A DNA stretch of 64,000 nucleotides from Octopus vulgaris. Taxonomy: Eukaryota. The stretch is from contig OX597822.1 of the NCBI GenBank assembly GCA_951406725.2, positions 5,208,001 through 5,272,000 of the forward strand, in the 5' to 3' direction. The number at the start of each line of letters is the position of its first letter. Positions within the stretch are counted from its first letter, which is position 1. The translations under genes were made by a program, and so were the position numbers. Below are positions 50,930-64,000 of the stretch, in pieces. The notes beneath the pieces were generated by a model. The model did not search any database. It worked only from the letters and a program-made list of their open reading frames with translations, and was not told the DNA's origin.

Positions 50930-52078
50930 TACTACTACTATCATTATCCTCTTCTTCACATCACTATCACTGAAACACTAAAAATGACGTTAAACCAGTA
51001 GAAACAATTAATAAAGTGAAACGTGACAGTTGTTCTGGTGAAGTAGAGAACTGTAGCACTACTTCTTAACAGTGTATTCTCAGAATATTCTAAAACAACA
51101 TTATAGTTTCCATTAGTTCACAAAATATCTTATAGCAAATAAACTCATGTTTCAGTTGTAAATATTCATGCAGATTCCCTTGAGACTTTGGAAAACAAGT
51201 ATGAAAACATTGTGAAAATAAAAATGTATATTGTTTAGTTTGTTCTCCTGTGAAACTACCAAGCAGGAGGATAAACTGAAAAGAATTGCAATCCTTGTAT
51301 AAAGCAGTGTAATTTATGCTTTCATTAAATATAATTAACTGAGGTGAATGTAGTTTCCTTCATCTGATATCAAGGATAACATTTTCATTATCATATTTCA
51401 GACAAAATGCACTGTTTATGTGTTTGAATTAATTTTGAACGTAATCAAGAATTTGAAGAAAGAGTTAAAGAACAATATTTTTAATAGGTATATTAAGCTG
51501 GTGTTTGAAACGACTTAACAAAAGATTTTTAAAAATAGAATTATGATTTAATTTAAGCATAAATATTCTAAAAGCAGGCAATTGTGCATCAAAGAACCAG
51601 AAGTAGTCCCATGTGGGTTAGTACCAGTAGGGCTTTAAAAGCAAATGGTTATCATTTGCATGGACTTTGATAAAAGATGTTAAAACAATAGCTACAAGGT
51701 TGGTGGGTGTGATTTGTTACATATGAAATGTGAAATTCAGAGAAAGACAATAGAAATATGTTATGAAAGGGAGAGAGGATCTGCATATTAGAGGCTAAAT
51801 AATATGGTAGGCTGTTGAGAAGGGAAGAAATATAAAGTGATGAAGGAGAGAGAGAGGGTACTGAGTTTGTAATTAAAATATACAATGGAATCTTAAGCTT
51901 GTGAATGAAATAAAAGAAAATCATATCAAATGTATGTAGGAGTGGCTCTTTGATTAAGGATTTTGCTTCATGACTACACAACAATAGGGGCAAGTGGCCC
52001 CAACCATAGATTGAGATTGATCAATACTTTGTGAGTGTAATCTGGTAGGTTGGAACTGTGTGGAAAATCACCTTGCAT

Positions 52079-52111
<33 letters not shown>

Positions 52112-52661
52112 TGAAGGCACATGAGCTAGTAGTTAATGTGTTCAGTTCATGATCATAAGGTAACTGGTTCAATTCCTGGACTGATTGTATCTTTGAGCAA
52201 GGCACTTCGTTGTTGTTGTTCTAGTTTACTCCGTTGCAATGAGTACCAGCTGGGTGCTAGGGATACCCTCTCTCCCACCAGCCATCACCAATTTAGGTGT
52301 TCTGCTGAGTCAGCATAAAGGGGCCTGAGAATTTGTATCTGCTAGTAACTATACTGGCACCTAAAACAATTGAGGAAAACAGTACATATTAACAAGTAAT
52401 ACTTACACAGAACTGCCTTAGAATCACTGTAGCCCCTCCCTTTTATTGACTGCAAGCTACATTATACACACATCATAATTGGGCCCCAGACCTCTGTGGA
52501 CCCTGAACAACTGCTCAGTGTGCCCATGCCTTAAGACAGCCCTGTACTTACAAGTGATACTGGCTGTGCAGCATGTGTTTGAGAGCATAGGATTTAAGCA
52601 TCAGCAAGAAACCCAGAAAAAATGATGTTACATAAAAAAGATGCCTCTGGTATTGCTTTAG

Positions 52662-52877
52662 CCCTTTAGCATTTAGATTACTCTGTCAAGTGTAATGCTT
52701 ATTCAGTTTATTTTGAATTAATTATACATTATCTTGTAGCTTTCAGATTTTGATAATGTGATTGTTTATTTTTAGAAAGACATTGTACAGTAGGTGTGAG
52801 TGGCAAGATTTAGCTGGTTTGACCATTAAACAGGTAAACTATTTGGTCCAGATATGACTGATATAAATGCTAAGGGA
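52662..52877. mobile_element. piggyBac-like MITE, family D
   Basis: TTAG-CCCTTTAGCATT..AATGCTAAGGGA-TTAA. Confidence 0.8.
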
Positions 52878-53729
52878 TTAAACAACTATTGTCACTTTTG
52901 CTCTCAGAAATGCAGTGGACCTGTAACTGACCCGTGGCTGGCAAATTGCAACATAAGATAAAAAAGATAAATTGCAGATGGTAGCAGAAGAAAAAGTCGA
53001 CCAAGGAAGATGTTATTTCATAGTTGGAAAGGAGTGTTCTACTTAACAGATATTTTAAGAAGTAGAAGAATTGGTAAGTAGGCCTATTTGGTCAAATGAC
53101 AAAACAAACCATGAACTGATTATCAAAATGATGGCAATGGGTGAAACCCCACTCAAAATCTTTTCACAATGCAATGTTAAATGGGAAACAAACCAAAAAT
53201 ATATTTCTATACTTCTCACATATTTCATAATTGTCTTTTCCTCTCTCTCTTTTCAATTGTTTGATCGATACATTTTAAGATAGGTACTGTAAGATGCCAA
53301 TGTAGTGTTGATATGATTGACATGGCTTGTCAATGCATAATTGTATATATTAGAACAAGCAGCTATATGTTCTATATATTATACTTCAGTATGTGCTCAA
53401 AATATTTAAATATCCAAAAACGAATGAAAAAGAAAACTGTAACTTTTGAAAAGGCAATACAAGTGATCTACTTGACTGTAAAACACAGACTGACTGTCTA
53501 AAATACATAAGTACCCTGTCATGTTAAGCTTGCATTTTGTTTCTTTTTATCAGTGTTATTCCAATAAACTCCAATCTTCTCTATTTCTTTAATTCTATAC
53601 CCAACAGGCACAAACATCCTACCTTTGAAATGAGAGAAGTGGGGATTTGGTGCTATTCATACATTTCCCAATCACATTAGAAGTCGATTCAGGAATGGGG
53701 TTCTTACTTTTTACTAGGTTCCTAATCCT

Positions 53730-54080
53730 GCTAGAAACAGCAGCCAAATCACCATCAAATAACACTGCAGCATTGAATAAGGTAAAAGACTCATTAGACA
53801 CAATTCAGCCTCTGACTAATGAACATCCTGTCTTGTTTCACTGCCTATTTTATCACAACTACAACACCTGTTTTCAGAACTAATAATTGTACACCATTTC
53901 AATGTAGTCTCATGCATCACACCTTGCTCTCCTCCCTTGTCACTCAGACCGTGACACCTTTATCCTTCCTGCCCAACAGATTGAATCTTTGGAAATCCAT
54001 CTCATGTTTTGCCTGTACACATCAAATAAGAATTAGTTACAATAATCTCAAGGATCTGAAAAGGCCTTTAAATGCTATAA
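53730..54080 (+). pseudogene. Degenerate CR1/Jockey-group LINE ORF2 C-terminal remnant
   Basis: TAALNKV..DTIQPLTNE..CLFYHNYN..SFLPNRLNLWKSIS..NLKDLKRPLN resembles the L.PL..RR....L..FY.YY / SFF.R...LWNSLP / NL..FK..IN C-terminal pattern. Confidence 0.55.
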
Positions 54081-54505
54081 GTACTACTCATGCCTCAGTC
54101 ATACAAACTTACCCAGAAGTGTACAACTTTTATCCTTCTGAAATCTGTATTGGAGTTGTACTTGGTTAGTAATTGATTTCACTGAAACCCAAGAATTGAA
54201 ACTGGAAGTGATACTATAGCAATTTAATAATGTACTAAAGTGTTAAATTCATTTCATAAGGAATCAAAATTTTCATCACACAGCTGTAACCTGGCAACTG
54301 ACACAGTTTCACTCCAACTTTGGCACTTTGTGAAATAAATAAATTTAAAGTGATTTTAACAGTTTTGTGTGTCATTAAATGGCCAGAAAGGCTCCTCTAC
54401 AGTGTAATTACTTGATTTATACCACTGTAGAACTAATTACATAGTTGATGTATGAGCTTATTCGTATTCTTATACAGACTGGTAATTTCTGTCCTACTGC
54501 TATTA

Positions 54506-54539
<34 letters not shown>

Positions 54540-56439
54540 GATGGATGGATGGATAGACAGATAGATCCCACACTAACCTGTCTATCTTTTCAGTCCCACT
54601 ACTCAGCCTATTCAATATTTTTTTCCCTCTACAACAATAATCAAGCAGCTCAAATGCAGCTTGAGCTGGTTTCACTTATCCAATCTAAAACAAAACTTGT
54701 CCCTTTAAAGAAATTGGTTTAAAATATGAATAGTGCCCTTTTACTGAATATCAAATAGACAAAAGATCTATCTTTCACAAAACAGCAATCACTGCTTCTT
54801 TACCAACTGTTTCCCCTTTAATCATTAATCACTGTCTTCATATATGAAATCTAATCATTCAACCATTCCCTCATTCACATCATTTAACTTTTTCTATTCC
54901 TGATGCACATCACACAAGATCTGAACACTTTCTTTTGTATATTCAATATTAAATAAATTATTTATGCACACACCCAGTACACACACAAAATAGCAATGAT
55001 AAATAGGCACATTCATAAACTACAGTAAGCATTCATACATTCACTGAAAGTTCTCATGATACACACATGCATGCAACAGTCTTGGTACACATACATGTAT
55101 ACACAAACAACATTCACTCCTCTAACACATGCATAAAAATGACTACTTATGATTCACAATTTAATAAAACAAAAATTACTTGTACAGCACACAATACTAC
55201 TCCTTACTCATGAGCATAATATATTCAAACTAAATTACTTTAATTTTCCATTTAAACAGCTCAAATACACAACTTTCGTTGTCATTAAATGTTAAGAAAA
55301 AACTGATAAATGAGATATTTAAAAATAAAAATATGTAGATAAGAAGGAAGAAACAGAACAAAGAAGATATGAAATGGAAAAAAAAACAAAAGAGGGAGAG
55401 TTTTACCCATCATGAATGAGTTTATAGTAAGCATCAGTGAACAGGGAATGATTCATTATGATTATGATAAAGATTTACAGAAATCTAGCAAGAGCATCGA
55501 AATAACAAAAAGAAAAGAAAACAAAAAAAAAAACATAAACACATACATGTATATAAAGCACACACATACATGGTGGGAGTAAAGATTGTGTATAAGATCT
55601 GATTTGATTTCAAATAATTTCTTTAAAATGAGACAGAAAAAACAAAAAACATAAAAAAATAAATGTAATTAAAAAACAAAAAGGGGAAAAAAAAGAAAGC
55701 ACATATATACAAACAAAAAGAAAGAACCAAAAAAGAGAGAAAGAATTAACATTATATAAACGACTTTCAAAAAGTTATTAAATTCATTTGAAAATATTAA
55801 AGAATAAAACGTTACGCAGTTGATTAATTTGACTAATGTACCTGCCATTTCTGTAATTACAGGACTTCCTGTAGTTATTTTGGCATTAACTACCATTTTC
55901 TGTTGCACCCACCACCTTCTCTTTCACCTAACTACTTTATTTCATTTAAATTTGTTATATTTACAAAGTTTTTTTTAATTTTCTTTCCTTTTGTTTTCTT
56001 CTGTTTTTTTTTTTGTTGCCTCCCCCGTATTCCTAATTTGATTAAAAGTTAAGTTTTAAAAATGAGCCATTTATTTGTCAATAAATCTGATTTCAGCAGA
56101 ACACTTCCATGTAAGCAATGATGCAGCAGCGTACATGTTAAAATGCATATCTAAATGCTTCCGCTGAGTCTTAAAGACAAAAACACAAAAAGAAGATATA
56201 AAAGTGTAAGGAAACAAATATTAGTTGCTGTAACCTTGATCTTTTGACTGGAGAAACAACACTGTGAAGCAATGATGATAGGCTAAATCACTTGGAATGG
56301 TAGGGAGAGAGAGAGAGAGAGAATAAACATAATAAGGGAAAGAAATACAGTAAGAGAGGGCAACAATTTGGCTGGGTAAGGAAAACTAATTGCTGTGATG
56401 TATATTTTCCATTATGCATGGTTGACTTGGATGGTTTAA

Positions 56440-56675
56440 TCCTTTGGCTTTCAGCTTACTCTGTCAAATGTAAATGCTTATTTATTTAAAATGTTTTAGG
56501 CATGACTGTATGGTAAGAAGTTTGTTTCCCAACCACATGATTCCAGGTTCAGTCCCACTGCATGGTACTCTGGGCAAGTGTCTTCTACTATAGCCTCAGG
56601 CTGTCCAAAGTCTTGAAAGTGGATTGGGTAAATGGAAACTGAAAGAAGCCTGTGGTATGTGTGTGTGTGTGTATG

Positions 56676-56734
<59 letters not shown>

Positions 56735-57316
56735 AATCTAAAAAAGAAGAACACAAAAATGCGAGAACGTGGTACATATAAAGTATTAGCAGACACTCAG
56801 GGAAGGAAAGAATGGTGGTTTAATGTTTTGAGCAGACGGTCTTCTTTGGAAACAGAGGAAAGTCAAAAAGAAGGAAAGACGGAGGAAGAAAATCGCCAAT
56901 GATTCACATGTGGTTACATTTTGAAACATGTGTGTGTGTGTGCCTGTGTTTGTCCCCCCATCACTGCTTGACAACTAATGTTGGCGTGTCTACATCTCCA
57001 TAACTGAGGAGTTTGCCAAAAGAGACCAATAGAATAAGCACTAGGCTTAAGAAATAAGTCCTGGGGTCAATTTGTTCAACTAAAAAACCCTTCAAGGCAG
57101 TGCTCCAGCATGGCTGCAATTGAATGACTGAAACAAGTAAAAGAATAAAAGAATGCATTATTCTACAGCTTTAAGATTTCAATGATGTGATTCTTCAGAA
57201 TGATTTTTTTTTAAGATGACCTTGTAGAGTAGGTGTGAGAACCTGGATCTGGCTGGTTGGAACATAAAACGCGTAGAATATTTTGGTTGGAGATGGTCAG
57301 TTTAGATTTTAAAAAG
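56440..57316. mobile_element. MITE family D interrupted by SINE-B (56498-57152), which itself carries a ~195-bp insert (56731-56926)
   Basis: TTAA at 56436-56439 and 57317-57320. MITE halves 56440-56497 and 57153-57316 match 52662-52877; SINE halves match 26937-27325. Confidence 0.8.
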
Positions 57317-57329
57317 TTAAGCATAATTT

Positions 57330-57582
57330 AAATAGATGGAGAAACAAAGAGAGATGGAAGGGGGCAGAGGAAAGGCAGATGAGGAGGGGCCAGAGAGAGT
57401 AAAAAGGAGGAAGAATGGTGATGAAGGAAGGACAGAAAAGTAAAGCAAAGGAAGAAGTGAAAAGAAATGGCAGGGAAAAAGAGAATGAAAGGAAATGATA
57501 AAATGCTGGTGAAGAAAACAATGAAAAAAAAGGTAAAAACAACAACAAAAAAGAAGAAAAATGGACAGCAGAAGAAATAAGA
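57330..57582. repeat. Purine-rich (GA) low-complexity tract
   Basis: Direct reading. Confidence 0.7.
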
Positions 57583-57619
57583 TTTTAATAGTACCAAGGA
57601 AAAATATTTAGATCTTTAG

Positions 57620-57655
<36 letters not shown>

Positions 57656-58710
57656 ACACGTTCCTGTATTTCACAAGAGACATAAAATGAAGAAATGGAT
57701 AGGTTAAAAGAAGTTTTTTTGGATAAAGAGAAATGACAACATATCTCAAAATTATTGGAAACAACAATATTTCTGTCTTGAATACTAATGACATCTGCTT
57801 ATTTTTCCCTCTCTCTCTCTCTCTCCCTCATACACACACGCATGAGTGCACACACACATAAACAAACAGAGTGAAATGTAATCAATAAAGAAAAAAAGCT
57901 TCTTCTTTTTGTCTCCCCCATCCTCCCAAATGGAGTAAATAAGTTTTTCAACAAAATATTAAAGAGACCCTGTTGATATTACAGAAGATTTATAGCTATG
58001 TTGCGTAGCATCCGTTAAACTAATTACATACATAAATTGTATTTAAGATTTGACATAAAACTGAATCCTGATAACTATGTTTCAACAAGTAATAGGAAAA
58101 AATAAAACAGAGAAGAGTGGTCATTTTATAAGGTCAAGAATCAGTCATGTATAATTTATCTGGAAACTTATTTTCATATGACACAGAAACTAAAATGATA
58201 TGAGTCAACAAATTAGCTATGCAATCGTTCAAATTGATCAATGCATTTGCCAAATCTCTTTTATTGAACTCTTTCCATCTGCAAAAGTGAAGACATGATT
58301 GATGTCACTTGTCTTTGGATAGCATTAAGACAGGATCATCTAAGCCAAAATACTGATTGAACAATTCATCGATCAAGCTATCTTACTGCTGTAGGTCAAC
58401 TCAAGCAGAAGTGACCAGGTCAACAACAGCAACAGTATCGGACAAACTGCTTTCTAAATATCTTTAAACCTGCCAGCTGTAATTGCAGTTGGGTAAAATA
58501 GAATGAGAAAAACTAAACCACATGAATGATTTACTAACCTGATGATTACGACAGATAATTCAAACAAGCCATAGAAAATATTTCATGTTTACAACTGTCA
58601 TCACTATCACTATCTTCAACAACTTTGTCTGATTTTGAGGGAAGATTCACCACTTTCCTCATCATTTCTTATTACTGTTACATCAATCCCTAATGTATAC
58701 TCTGATTAAA

Positions 58711-59131
58711 TCCTTTTGATGCCAACCTACCTAAGACCATCACTGATTCTATGATACACAGTGTTAACCCTTCAGCATTCACACTACTCTGTCAGATGTA
58801 ATGCTTTTTCATCCACACTGTTTTCAATTAACAATGCATTATTTTCTTCCCTCAAAATTATGATGATGTAAATTTTAAAGGGTAAGTGTGAGAGGCTGGA
58901 TTTGGTTGGTTTGAACATAAAACAAGTAGGATATTTGAGCAGATATGGCTGGTTTAAATGCTAAAGGGGTAAAGTGATCAAAATTAAAACCTTCCATAAA
59001 AACTTCATGTTAATTCATATTCCAAACACCAGCTTAATAATGAAAAAGTTATTTTACTAATTTCTTTCTTATTTTCAAAATTAATTGAAACAAAAACAGT
59101 GTATTTCAACAGAAATATGACAAAGAAAGAG
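58711..59131. mobile_element. MITE family E with MITE family D (58768-58968) inserted at an internal TTAA
   Basis: D is bounded by TTAA (58764-58767) and GTAA (58969-58972); the E halves match 44064-44278. Confidence 0.8.
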
Positions 59132-61223
59132 TTAATACTAAACTGCTTCCTAGCTAATCTTAGTTATCTTTGTCACTTTATGGTCACCTGTTTGCATTCA
59201 CAAACAACCCTAATCATAAGTAGAGTGTGTAGGAACAGTCTCACACCAACTTTATCACTATAACCCAAACTAGTATTGTAGCAGATTGAATTATTTGAAA
59301 TCTTAACTAGACACAAAATGACATACAGACACATGCAAATACACATGAACATGTATAAGACAGTCATGCAGCTACAATACAAAATAGAATATTATGCAAT
59401 GAAATAAGTGTATGCCATGTTAATTTTGACATCTATACACAAATATATGACCACTCAAGTGAAAGTCAAAGTTGAAATTAAAACCAACTGAGTAAAATAA
59501 AACATGAAAAAATTTATAAAGAATTAAAAAGAAAATACACTGACATTCCTCTCAGATGAAGAACTAAAAACAAAAAAAAAGATTATTTTCTCAAAAAAAT
59601 TTTTTGTTTCTTTTTACTGTCTAAAACTTGTCCTAAACTTTGAGGAATTCTTCAGAAACAAACTAAAGAATTTCAGGTATAGGAATATAAAATGACTCCA
59701 AGAAAATATAATCGAATTTATAATAAAAGAAAAAAAAAAAAAGAAACCAAGGAGAAAAGGAATAAAAGAAGCAAGATTCTCTAAGTTGAAGGTATAGAAT
59801 GATGCCAGCAAGAAAACTAATTTAGTTGCAACAAGCTGAACAATCTGTCAATGCAACCATAGACAGGGAAGGATTTAATTCAAGTGATAGCACTACTGAA
59901 CTGTTGTCGATACTAAGGCAATTATCTAGCATTTGTTGAAGACAGTTTTTCACTGCAGCTGAACTGAACAAATGCTATCCTTAGACATGGAATAACTTGC
60001 ATTGAAACTCTGGAGAAATTTGGCATGAGAGGAAAACTGAAACCACCCCTCTTCCACTTCTAATTTGTTTTCAGCAGTGATTTATTTTATCAAATAAACC
60101 ATCAAATAACTAACTGCAATAGTTGCATAAATAGAGAGATCATTGTATAGTTAATAATCTACTTGTAGCAGTGACAAGCTTTTCAAAGATTTTGGTTAAA
60201 AACTGAAAGAGACAATTTTTTTTTATTTTTAACATTTTATAATATTGATGAAGTTGAGATAACAACTCAGTTTGTAAGCAAATAGAGAGTAGGAATAAAG
60301 CACAAGGGAATAGTTGAAAACCTACGACTGGTTAACTGATTTCATAAAGATAAGATAACGGGTTAGATAAATAACAGCTGTTTAATTATATAAACCATAT
60401 AACGAATTTAAAAACTGAGGTGATTCTCAAAGGAGCAATTTTAGAAATAAGTTCCAAGTAGTTTTTTCAGAAACAGACAAGGTAGAATAAAATTGATTTC
60501 ATAAAGAACAATTAGATATTGATTGCTTAAGAAACAGGTTCAGTGGCTAAAATACCTGGTTTTCTAAGAAAAGCAAGATTTATTTAAACATCTTTCAGTG
60601 AGCTTCTAAAAAAAAATCAGTTGAAGACCCAATAGAAAATCCCAGACAATATAATAAAATCAAAGAGTAACATATACTACAATAAACCACAGATTCAAGT
60701 CTCAAAATCCCTTGTTGTACCACTGATGTTTGTACTCAGAACCATTTCTCTTAAATTGCGACTAGCATGATTCATTAAGGTTAATAATTAAACATTTTGA
60801 AAGAAATCATTCAATTGAATTTTTCTAATATTTTAAACAATAAAAATAGACAGCAGCACAATGTTACAATATTATTACTGTTACATTATAAGGAATGTTT
60901 AACAATATTATTTATACTATTCTCCAGAGATTCAACAACAAAAAGGGAGATATAATAGCTGAAAAGATGAAAAGACAAATAATGCAGTTTTCCAAATGAT
61001 TATAACCATAAATGCAATTCTCTGTTATAAATTCTAAGACAAAGTTCAGAAAACAAAGATATGACAATTACAGTATAATCCTAATTAAAAAGATGATTGG
61101 CTTTAATACATTGGTTAGAATACTAGCTTAAGTATTAACTCATTATAGGCAACATATTTTGCGATATCAATAGCAATGTCCTAGGAAACGTTGTCTCACA
61201 AGGAAGTATTAAAAAAAAAATAA

Positions 61224-61592
61224 AGGTGAAGGTATGGCTGTGCAGTTAGGAAGTTTACTTCACAACAATGTAGCTTTAGGGTAAGTCCCACTGTACAGCT
61301 CCTTGGGCAAGTGTCTTCCACTATAGCTCCAGTTTGAACAATACTTTGTGAGCGAATTTGATAGAGAGAAACTGTTTGGAAGTTCCTTGTGTGTGTGTAT
61401 GTGTATGGCTTTGTTTCATCACTCCTTGACAAGTGGTTGCAGTTTCTGTACTGCCTCATAACTTAGTGGTTCAAAAACAACTCAGCTGAATAAGTTCTAG
61501 ATCAAATATAGGTACTGAGATCAATTTCTTGCACTAACCCAACAAGTCAGACCTCCAGCATGGCTGTATTCCAATAAATGAATCAAATAAGA
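61224..61592 (+). mobile_element. Degenerate SINE-B
   Basis: GGTATGGCTGTGCAG..CCTTGGGCAAGTGTCTT..TAACTTAGTGGTTC..CTCCAGCATGGCTG. Confidence 0.75.
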
Positions 61593-61894
61593 GTATATCT
61601 TTTACTGATTTTTTTGGTAGATATACTAGGATATGACCATGTGGTTTATTGCAGCTTTATATTTGCTCAAATAAAGGGTTTGATGTAGCTGCCCTCATAT
61701 GCATTTCTTGGTATGATTTTGGTTCCTTTGAGGCTATAAGCAATAGAATGTCCAAATATATGTGTGAGTATAGACACATTAGCATTTATGTAAATGTATG
61801 AATGTATGTGTATGAGAGCATGAGTGCATAACATGGATGAAAGTCACAACAGCTCATTTTGATTTTTTTCCCCACTTTTATTCTAAGTCTATAA

Positions 61895-62382
61895 CAGTGC
61901 TTCTCTACCATTTTTCACCTATGGACCTCATTGATTTTTGTTTTACTCATGTGGACCCTCAGTCATTTCATGTTTCAAAAAATCCAATTATATTCTTGTA
62001 ATTAAATATTATTAGGAATTGTATTAAAAGAAGTCATTGGTTTCAAACTTTTGGCACAAGGCCAGCAGGTTTAGGGGAGGGGCTGGGTTGATTAAATCGA
62101 CCACAGTTTTCAACTGGTACCTGTTTTATTGCCCCAAAAAGATGAAAGGTAAAGTCAACCTTGGCAGAATTTGAACCCAGAATATAAGGACAGCTGAAAT
62201 GCTGCTAAGCATTTTGCCCAGCATGCTAATGATTCTGCCAGCTCACTGCCTTAATTCTATAAAAAAAAATCAAAATATATTTTGTATTTTAGAAGTATAA
62301 CCAATTTACTGCACATAAATTTTAACTATAAAATTGCATATAGGCCCCTAAGGGTCATGTGAACCTCAGTTGAGAACCACTG
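61895..62382. mobile_element. hAT (Charlie-like) MITE with a nested minus-strand SINE-A (~62035-62253)
   Basis: TIRs CAGTGCTTCTC / GAGAACCACTG; 8-bp TSD GTCTATAA (61887-61894) / CTCTATAA (62383-62390). Confidence 0.85.
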
Positions 62383-63294
62383 CTCTATAAATTCAGTCCT
62401 AAAGAATGAAATGTTATTATCATCACCATCAGTAATAATTTTGGCATTCAGTTTTTCTTTTCTTTTCCACGTTATTCATCTTTTTCATCTTCTTGCACAA
62501 AACAATTTTCCATCAAAATCCTCAAAGACTAAAGAAATATACAGCACTAAGAAAACATAAATAACAGGAAAAATAATAATTCCTTTTATTTTTTTATTAC
62601 AACAACAACAAGAATAATAAGAAGATGAGAGAAAGAAAGAAAAACAAGAATGTATTGCAGGAGGCTACTATTTGGCAAGGAGACGATTTAATAATATTAG
62701 ATTTTCCAACAACAAACATATCACAAAAATAATACTAATAATAAATTAACAATAATAGTTGATGGAAATAGCATTTGTAATAAATAAAAACTGAGGAAAA
62801 AAAGAGGAAAGAAAAAGAAATATAAGCAAAGCATCAAAGAAAATGTAAAAAAAAAAAAACCAAATCCATACCAAGAGAAATACACGTGTGTACATGTATG
62901 GGTATGGGTACACATGTGTAGTGCACATTTATGTGTATGTGTGTGTGTGTGCATACATATACATGCAACGCAATGTTATACAAGAATACGCACACTCAGT
63001 GTGCACATTTTAGGTCTAACTCTTTTTTTTAACGAGAAGTTTGGAAAACAGTGAGAATAAAGAAATATACAAATATATATATATATAAATAAAAAGAAAA
63101 CAAAGATAGCAACAGCAATATCACTGTAAAAGGAAAAGGCAAAAAACAAAAAAAGATAATACTTTAAGTAAAAGATGTGTTGTTCAGAGTAGGTTTGCAT
63201 CAATGGTACTGTTGATACGGATGACTGATGCGGACATTGCAATAAAAATACTGGTCAATAGACATCGATTATTCTTTGCTTGTTTTTTTCCCGC

Positions 63295-63785
63295 TATATA
63301 TATATATATATATATATATATGTTCATTCATTCATTCAATATAAGTGTTAAAGTCAGTATGTGTGTGTGTGTGTGTGTACATAGATACACACACACACAC
63401 ACACACGTATACAAACATTTCTATATTTATATGCAAATTTGGTAATATACATATGTAATCATATTTATATATATATATATATATATGTACATACACAAAT
63501 GTATAGACATGCATATACGTATGTGTGCAAACATCATTTACATATATATAAAGTATGTAATATAACTGTGATTGTGTGTACAAGTACATGTGTGTGCATA
63601 CATATACACATATACATGTGTTTATATCTATATATATATATATATATATATGTTCATACAGATATATGCATATCAATATACACACATACATGTGTATAAG
63701 TGTATGTGTGCATATATATATATATAATATATATACACACACATGCACACATATCTATGTATATATATATACATATATCTATATC

Positions 63786-63873
<88 letters not shown>

Positions 63874-63946
63874 TGTATGTATATCTTTATAAATACACAC
63901 ACATGTGCTTGTGAATATATATATACATGTGTGTGTGTGTACACAT
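63295..63946. repeat. Large compound (TA)n/(CA)n/(TATG)n low-complexity region
   Basis: Direct reading. Confidence 0.95.
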
Positions 63947-64000
63947 AGCCTGATACCAACTAATAACAACGGAAATATTTTCATACAAAATTATATTGAA

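Noticed and set aside
53619-53801. Minus-strand 60-aa ORF ending at an AG|GTAGGA donor
   Set aside because: No convincing acceptor, unrecognised peptide, and it overlaps the plus-strand CR1-like remnant.

Overview
AT-rich, microsatellite-dense eukaryotic genomic DNA. The repeat landscape (tRNA-derived SINEs, RTE LINEs with (GAT)n tails, TTAA MITEs, long TA/AAT tracts) resembles an octopus/coleoid cephalopod genome; this is an inference, not a database result. No intact, recognisable protein-coding gene is present. Almost all listed ORFs are microsatellite artefacts or antisense to transposon remnants. Supported content: one 5'-truncated RTE LINE plus further RTE, R4/Dong-like and CR1-like remnants; an internally deleted Tc1/mariner element; hAT-type and piggyBac-type MITEs; several SINE families, often nested; and a Penelope-like fragment carrying a minimal hammerhead ribozyme motif. 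Unique sequence shows T-rich tracts and splice-like signals on the minus strand, so the window may be intronic in a large minus-strand gene with candidate microexons (unproven). Best leads: the hammerhead (17510-17561), a pre-miRNA-like hairpin (9849-9921) and the candidate microexon/recursive-splice sites. Repeat boundaries were read by eye and are approximate unless TSDs are quoted. SINE-A/B/B2/F and MITE D/E are working labels used only here.
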